Part shown: positions 56,841 through 64,000 of the stretch, one piece after another
Numbering within the stretch: position 1 is the first letter of the stretch
Layout: every line of letters begins with the position of its first letter
From: Octopus vulgaris
Taxonomy: Eukaryota
Length of the DNA stretch: 64,000 nt
Assembly (NCBI GenBank): GCA_951406725.2
Contig: OX597826.1
Location: forward strand, 77,686,001-77,750,000
Direction of reading: 5' to 3'
Notes under the pieces: generated by a model
Seen by the model: only the letters and a program-made list of their open reading frames with translations
The model's database searches: none
Told to the model about the DNA's origin: nothing
Program-made: the position numbers and the translations under genes

Positions 56841-57121
56841 TCCGGTAAAATCAGGAATTAGAGAAAAAACAAACAAACAAGCAAGCAAAATAACTGGTGA
56901 TAGTCTGAATTTGTAAGAATGAATCAATAAGAGAATTCAAAGAAACGTTCAGTTGTATAGTTGCCGAGAAGAATGTGCAGAATGTGACGTTTCGGATTAT
57001 TGTTCTTCATCGAAAAGTGAGTAGGAGGAAGAGAAGGAAGAGAGAGAAAGGAAATAGCGTTGGTATTTGGGTTGTTGGCAAGTAAATGAGATTGAGCTGA
57101 TGTAGGTGAAAGGTAAAGTTG

Positions 57122-57159
<38 letters not shown>

Positions 57160-57162
<3 letters not shown>

Positions 57163-57350
57163 GCCATGATTGACCGCTAAATTCACAAGTTTTTTTTAAA
57201 TTCTCTGTCTGTTTATTTCTTTGTGTTCCTTTCTGTCGAAGAGTGTAAGCTTGAAACGTAAAATACTTTCGCACCTTCCCGAGCGTCAAACTAATACACC
57301 TGCTTGTTGTTTATACACCTCTCTTCGTTTTTTGTTTTTTTACAAATTTC
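57160..57350 (+). mobile_element. Putative Penelope pLTR-like fragment with hammerhead-like motif
   Basis: ttt-CTGTCGA-a-gagt-gtaa-gctt-GAAACGTA-aaa at 57230-57263. Confidence 0.45.
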
Positions 57351-58841
57351 AACCACACACACACACGCGCACACACACATATATACATATATATATGCAC
57401 GCACATTTATCTCGTATTTACTGACGTACAATATTCGCGTATAAGATACCCCTGATTTAGAGTAGGAAATTTGGCAAAAAAAAATTATTATAGTTAAATT
57501 GAAGATAATAATTTGTTACATTAATTTTTTAAAATAATGAATTTTTATGGCATGAAGGTATTAGAAGAAACAACATCTGTGGGGAAAATATCGGGGTATC
57601 AGAATTTGGGAGAAATCATATTAACAGTAAAATTCACTTAAACAGAACATTATAAGAACTATACAGAAGAAAAAATATATATATAACTGTTGCGAAATAA
57701 ATATAAAAAAGAAACGAACATTCTAGCAAATTGTTTATCTTTGGTATATTGGAAATTATAAGTTCAAGGATATGTAGTTAATTAGCGACATAAACAAGTA
57801 ATTAGCTGTGTAATCAAGCGAATTTCAAAGCCTCACAGAAATATATAAATTTTAGTAAGGTAGGACCCTTCACCCTGAGAAGATGACATTTTTATTGAAA
57901 CATTTAAGAGATAAACACACACACACACACACACACATACACACACACACATGCCTATCTACATATACATCAGAAAATATATCCACAATATAGATTTATA
58001 AAAGAACAAAACAAGGAACACCAACACGCATCATTCTTTGATTGGCGCGTGGAAGAACAGCTGAGGATTGTGGGTTAAGATGATGGGGCTACGTGGATGC
58101 AACGAAAACCCAGAAGTAGCTGAGGTTTATATTCCTACGTTGCGCAGAAGAGGTCCCCAGGTTTAAAATTAAATGCTTTTGTCCCATACGCCTGCAGGAG
58201 TTAGATAATCTATAGCACGGGAAAATACCTAGTTTAGGAGATGCTGGCCAGTAAGTAGAGCCGGATAAGTTAAAGTGACGGGTTACAGTATTTGAGGAAT
58301 CGCTCGACGTTGTAATTGACATTAAGGAAATGCTCACGGGACCGGTCACCCAAAAGGCACCTCATCTCATCTATTCATCGTGCAGTGCAGAGTCTATATA
58401 TTATGTTATATATTATACTTTACACCCAGCACAAACGCACGCATACATATATACATACATACACACACACAAAGTTAACAACGAAAATAATTCGAAAAAC
58501 AAGATACTTATTAAATTTAGGCTTACAGAAAGAAAAGGAAACAAGAGTTTGTGAGTTTTCGAGCTGAAGATCTTTGCTAGAAAGACACCGAGAGGAAAAG
58601 TCTGGGGGAAAATAGCCAGAAATGAAACGGCAAATAAGAGAAAAATCGGTTATAGACTATGTTAAGCCTCGTTAGAACTGGACGGAAGTTAGAAATGACC
58701 GGAAGTTAAAGTGAACGAAAGAGGTTTCATACAAACAAGAGCAACAGTGGATGAAATTATACATGTGTGCGTGTGTGTGTGTATGTCTTTGTGTGTGTGT
58801 GTGTATGTGTTTGTGTGTGTGTGTGCGTTTGTGTGTGTAAA

Positions 58842-59072
58842 GGCGGCGAGCTGGCAGAATCGTTAGCATGCCGGGCGAAATGCTTAGTGGTATTTCGTCT
58901 GCGTTACGTTGTGAGTTCAAATTCCGCCGAGGTCGACTTTGCCTTTCATCCTTTCGGGGTCGATAAATTAAGTACCAGTTACGCACTGGGGTCGATGTAA
59001 TCGACTTAACATCTATGTCTGTCCTTGTTTGTCCCCTCTGTGTTTAGCCCCTTGCGGGTAGTAAAGAAATAG
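58842..59072 (+). mobile_element. Full-length SINE family A
   Basis: ggcggcgagctggcagaatcgttagc...aaagaaatagg. Confidence 0.92.
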
Positions 59073-59529
59073 GTATGTGCAGTTAATTTCCTGGTTTTAT
59101 GCTCACAAAATTTCCCTCGGTTTTATTGCTCGACTTGATTCTAAGGTAGCAGAACGAAAGGGTTACAAGGGGCACAGCCATAACTGTGAGATTGGCGGAA
59201 AGGAAAAACGAGGGAGAAGAAGAAGAAGAAGACAAGAAGCTGGGGTGAAATAAGGTTCTAGGGAAAGGGAGAGAGAGAGCGAGGCCGAGAGAGTAAGAGA
59301 AGTTAAGATGGGGAAGAAAAAAGAAGAGTCGAGAAGAGAAAAAAACGACAAATATTACGAGGAATAGAGACGTACAATGTTTGCGAAAGACAACGGGGGA
59401 GAGAAAGGAGGAAGAGGAAGAGCGAGCGAGAGAGAGAGAGAGAAGAAGCGAGAGTGTATGTTATTGAATCCCATAAAGGGGAAAAGATAGAGTGAAACAC
59501 ACACACACACACACATACACACATACACA

Positions 59530-59589
<60 letters not shown>

Positions 59590-59698
59590 ACATAGTGAGT
59601 GAGGGCGGGTGAAAAGAGCAAGATAGATAGAAAAGCAGACAGACAAAACGAAGTAGAAAATCAGCGACTGTGAATAGTGGAGAGAAAGAGTGGCAAGG

Positions 59699-59731
<33 letters not shown>

Positions 59732-60242
59732 AGAGAAAGGGGAGAGAGAGAAAAGAAATCGAAAATATTTAAATCTAATTAAAGAACTTTATCGATCCCG
59801 GATCGATTAAAAGCAAAATCGATTCCGTCGGGATTTGAACCCATAACAAGGCATTTAGTGCAAGCGATGTCTGTTTTTGCAGTAGACACTACGCACACGC
59901 ACACACACACACATACACACACGTACACACACATACACACACGCACACATGGCCATATATGTACGTACATTTGTGTGTGTGTGTGTGTGTGTACAACGAA
60001 GCTTCATAAACCGAATGAAACTAAGCATCAGTGATGTAGGGGCTATAATCCCAAGCCTACTGGTTCGGCTGGGCACTGCAAATCCGCCGATCATACTACA
60101 TTCATCAAACCATCTATCTCTCTGTACGTCTGTGTTTCTGTCCGTACACACACGCACACAAACACACACACACACACGTATATAAGTGTATGTGCGTGCG
60201 TGTGCGTATGTGTGTATATATATATCGAGATAGATAGATAGG

Positions 60243-60306
<64 letters not shown>

Positions 60307-60385
60307 GGGATAGAAAGAGAGATAGAGAGATGCATAGATAGATAGATGGATGGATAGATAGAGGGATAGACAGATAGATAGATAG

Positions 60386-60540
60386 GCGGCGAGCTGGCAG
60401 AAACGTTAGCACGCCGGGCGAAATACTTTGTGGCATTTCGTCCACCGCTACGTTCTGAGTTCAAATTCCGCCGAGGTCGACTTTGCCTTTCATCCTTTCA
60501 GGGTCGATAAATTAAGTACCAGTTACGCACTGGGGTCGAC
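60386..60540 (+). mobile_element. SINE family A, 3'-truncated
   Basis: Head, B box and central domain are intact. Confidence 0.9.
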
Positions 60541-61479
60541 AACTCACCCTCAATTTCGTTCAGGTGTGATGCACATAATCGATGTTTCACCATTTATGTA
60601 TTTTTGTGCCTTATCAACATCACATACCCGGACTGAATCCGAGTGAACTGAATCACTGGCGTCTGAGACTATACATATAGAGTAAAAACCATTTGTTAAT
60701 GATGAAACATCGATGTCCATCACCCCTGAATAGGATTTGGGGCGAATTGTACCACCTGTCTATGACTTCCAGCTGTTTTAGCAGGCAGCACCTTGAGGGA
60801 GGCATCGCCACTGCGCTAATTCGCAGCCTATCGGCGAACAAGCAGGACACATCAATTAAGTATGTGTGGTCGATAAAGTCTATAACACTAGCGCTGCTTC
60901 TGATTCGTATTTGAATACACACACACACATCATATACATGTATTTGTGCATATTCGTAGTGTTACTTATTGTTTAGATTCATGTAGTTACTGATCGAATA
61001 CATTTATATTCAGGGATTTTTCAGCAGTGACCACTCCGCCCTATTTAGGACTATGCGTAGTTCCTTTATCTAATGTGTCCTTACTTTTTAAAATATACTT
61101 TGTGGGAGATTTTTGATTGCTATTTTTAGTTGAAGTTATCCCGTTGGCTGTTGATACCAGTGATCTACTGTGGTACCTTCACTGAACCACAGTTCTAGTC
61201 CAAAGCTGATTTCCTGTTGTTTATCTTTTATAAGAAACCAATATTACTTTGAGTCAACAATTGTGAGGTTGCGCAGCTTTGGATTGAATGTCATCAGACC
61301 AGTGGGTTTTTAATGGTATCGATATATCCAGAGAGAGTAGCAGTGGATTATGTGAAACTGATAACAGTGATGCTGATGATGATGGTGGTGTTGATGGTGG
61401 TGATGGAGATGTAGAGAGATGGAATCCGATATTGAATGCGAAAACTGGCCGGAAATTAACAATGTGTGATATGTCACAG

Positions 61480-62135
61480 TTGCTGTTGTTGTTGTTGCTG
61501 CTGCTGCTGCTACTGCTGCTGCCAGAGTTTCTATGCTTGCTGTTGCTGCTGTTGTCATTATTGTTGTTGTTGTTGTCGTTCTTCCATTGCTATTATTATT
61601 GTTGTCGTTGTCGCTTTTGTCCTTATATTGTTGCTATTTTTGTTCTGTATTATTATTATTATTATCCCTATTTTTGCTGCTACTGCTGCTGCTGCTACTA
61701 CAGTTGCTGCAATTGTTGCTGTTGCTGTTGTTGTTGTTGTTGTTGTTGTTGTCGTTGTTGTTGTAGTTACAGTTCCTGTCTATATCAGTCGGGAGATTGC
61801 TCTTCAATCTGGGGTAAATTGTTTAATGTTTTTCGAGCCGACACCCCACCCCGCTTCCTCCGCCACCAACTTTTTTCCCCGCCTCGCATCTGTCAAGTAA
61901 TTGACATTTCTCATGACCACCACTGTCAAAACCGCCGCTACCACCACCACCAGCACCAGCACCAACACAGACACCAGTATCGCCGCAACTACGACCACCA
62001 CTACTACCAAGATCACTATAACCACCACCACCACCACCACCACCACTACGAATACTCCCACCGACTTTTTTCATCGTTCCCCCACTCCCGCCTGTACCTC
62101 CCACAAATCTCCATCATTCAAATAGTTATCAGCGT

Positions 62136-62173
<38 letters not shown>

Positions 62174-62380
62174 TTCCAACTACTGCTGCTGCTGCTGCTA
62201 CTGGTGCTGCTACTACTACTGTTGATGATGATGATAATGATTGTGATGATGATGATGATGATGATGATGACGGCTATAATGATGATGATGGTGATGATGA
62301 AGGGGGGAGGGTGATGATGAGGATGAGATTGATATTACTACCACTACCACCACAACTACAACTACTACTACCACCACAAA

Positions 62381-62420
<40 letters not shown>

Positions 62421-62552
62421 GCTAAATGCGTACACATGTTTGTAAGCCCAAATTGCTAAAAACGCTTCACGTCCGTATGGCATAGCAGCTTCACACCTAG
62501 ACACACACGCACCCATACACAGCTCTGCATACAATCATACACGCATACACAT

Positions 62553-62604
<52 letters not shown>

Positions 62605-62802
62605 CGCCCGCACATACATACAAGCATACTCACGGATGCATGGAAACAAATCTTAATTGATAGACATACGCATATACACTGCACTCTACGTACATGCGTA
62701 CACTATACATACACATATATAAAGTAGTACATACACATGTACGGACTTACACATGCAAATACATACATACATACGCATACATACGCGTGTATATACATAT
62801 AT

Positions 62803-62872
<70 letters not shown>

Positions 62873-63545
62873 TTGTACATGCACACATAAATACTTATGT
62901 ATACCGGTGTCCGATATACTTGCATGTACACATATACACTGGTATACCGCCACACACACACGCACACACATGCTTTCTTTCTCACACACGCACACATACA
63001 TAACACATATACGGACCAATACACACAGTCATTCACATACACACTCTCGAAGGCAAAAAGTGCACACACCCATGTGCAAATGCATACAGGTCACATATAC
63101 ACGCATGGACACACACAAGCACACACATAGATATTAGAAAACTCACGCATACACACAAAATCCAGACGTTAGTCCACATGCACGCACGCACGCACGCATG
63201 CATTTCATACATATACAGACATTGCACAAACACGGACACGCAACCATACCATCGTATGCATATCACACACACACACACACGTGTACACACATGCACAATC
63301 AAACTGACAGATACATACAAAACAGGTAAGCACACATACACACACACTGTATTTGTGAACTGGCGCATATATATATATATATCGTATATACAAGCATACA
63401 CGTCTACAAGCATTCGCTGGCTCGCACATACTCGCAAAGCACGTCAGCATGCTACATATGCAGGCAATGCACATGTATACACTCACTCACACACATACAC
63501 ACACAGATACGTTATGCGTGCATGACCATGCATATATACACACGC
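61480..63545. repeat. Degenerate trinucleotide and (CA)/(AT) microsatellite field
   Basis: Directly visible. Confidence 0.88.
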
Positions 63546-64000
63546 ATCGTGCGTGCACTTAACAAATTATTTCTTCTAATGCTTTTGCCTCGAAAAGCAA
63601 GCAATAAAGAGATGATTGTGTCACAAAATACACTGACCTTCTATTTCACAAATTACTTGCAGAACCTCTTCATTTTAACTGCTTCTATTTAGTGTTGTCG
63701 TTCTTGTTGTTGTTGTTGTTGTGGTGGTGGTGGTTGTTGTTGTTCTTGTTGTTTAGCTAGCTTTGATTTTACGGGCCTATGATCAAAGGCGTTCCATTTG
63801 TGGCCGTCTAGAATTTTTCGATTGTTCGCACTACCATAAGCAATGTGTCTGCATTTTTGTGTGTGGTTAGAAGGGTGTTTTGGCTGTTATTTCTAGCAGG
63901 TTGGGCGACTATGTAGATGTTCCTTCATTAACTTTATTTTACAACAGCAACAGTTGTTGTTGCTGTTGCTTTATTGTAGGTTAACCTTGATTCAGCAGAA

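Noticed and set aside
61288-62445. 385-aa ORF, the longest in the window
   Set aside because: Made of trinucleotide repeats (poly-L, C, H, T, D) that are stop-poor by construction; no domain.

Overview
Eukaryotic, AT-rich, repeat-saturated genomic DNA. The repeat repertoire resembles an octopus (coleoid cephalopod) genome; this is recalled similarity, not a database result. I cannot identify any host protein-coding gene, and almost all ORFs in the track are translated microsatellites. The window is intronic or intergenic. It holds many copies of at least three tRNA-derived SINE families, decayed RTE LINE fragments, a DD37D (maT) Tc1/mariner relic, hAT, piggyBac and Harbinger-like MITEs, a non-autonomous Helitron and a decayed Penelope-like (RT + GIY-YIG) element. 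The most interesting system is a short palindromic retroelement present twice (6621-7089 and 22493-23046). It joins a tRNA-like Pol III head to a minimal hammerhead ribozyme, has an inverted second arm lacking a ~30 nt 3' tail, and is flanked by 11-12 bp target-site duplications. It looks like a SINE-like parasite of Penelope elements. Two other unrelated hammerhead-like short elements have non-canonical cores. Also notable are a degenerate array of about 18 AGGTCA-n7-TGACCT-like motifs (17.4-20.7 kb) and an apparent CpG-depleted domain (about 2-38 kb). Repeat boundaries are approximate unless TSDs or TIRs are quoted.
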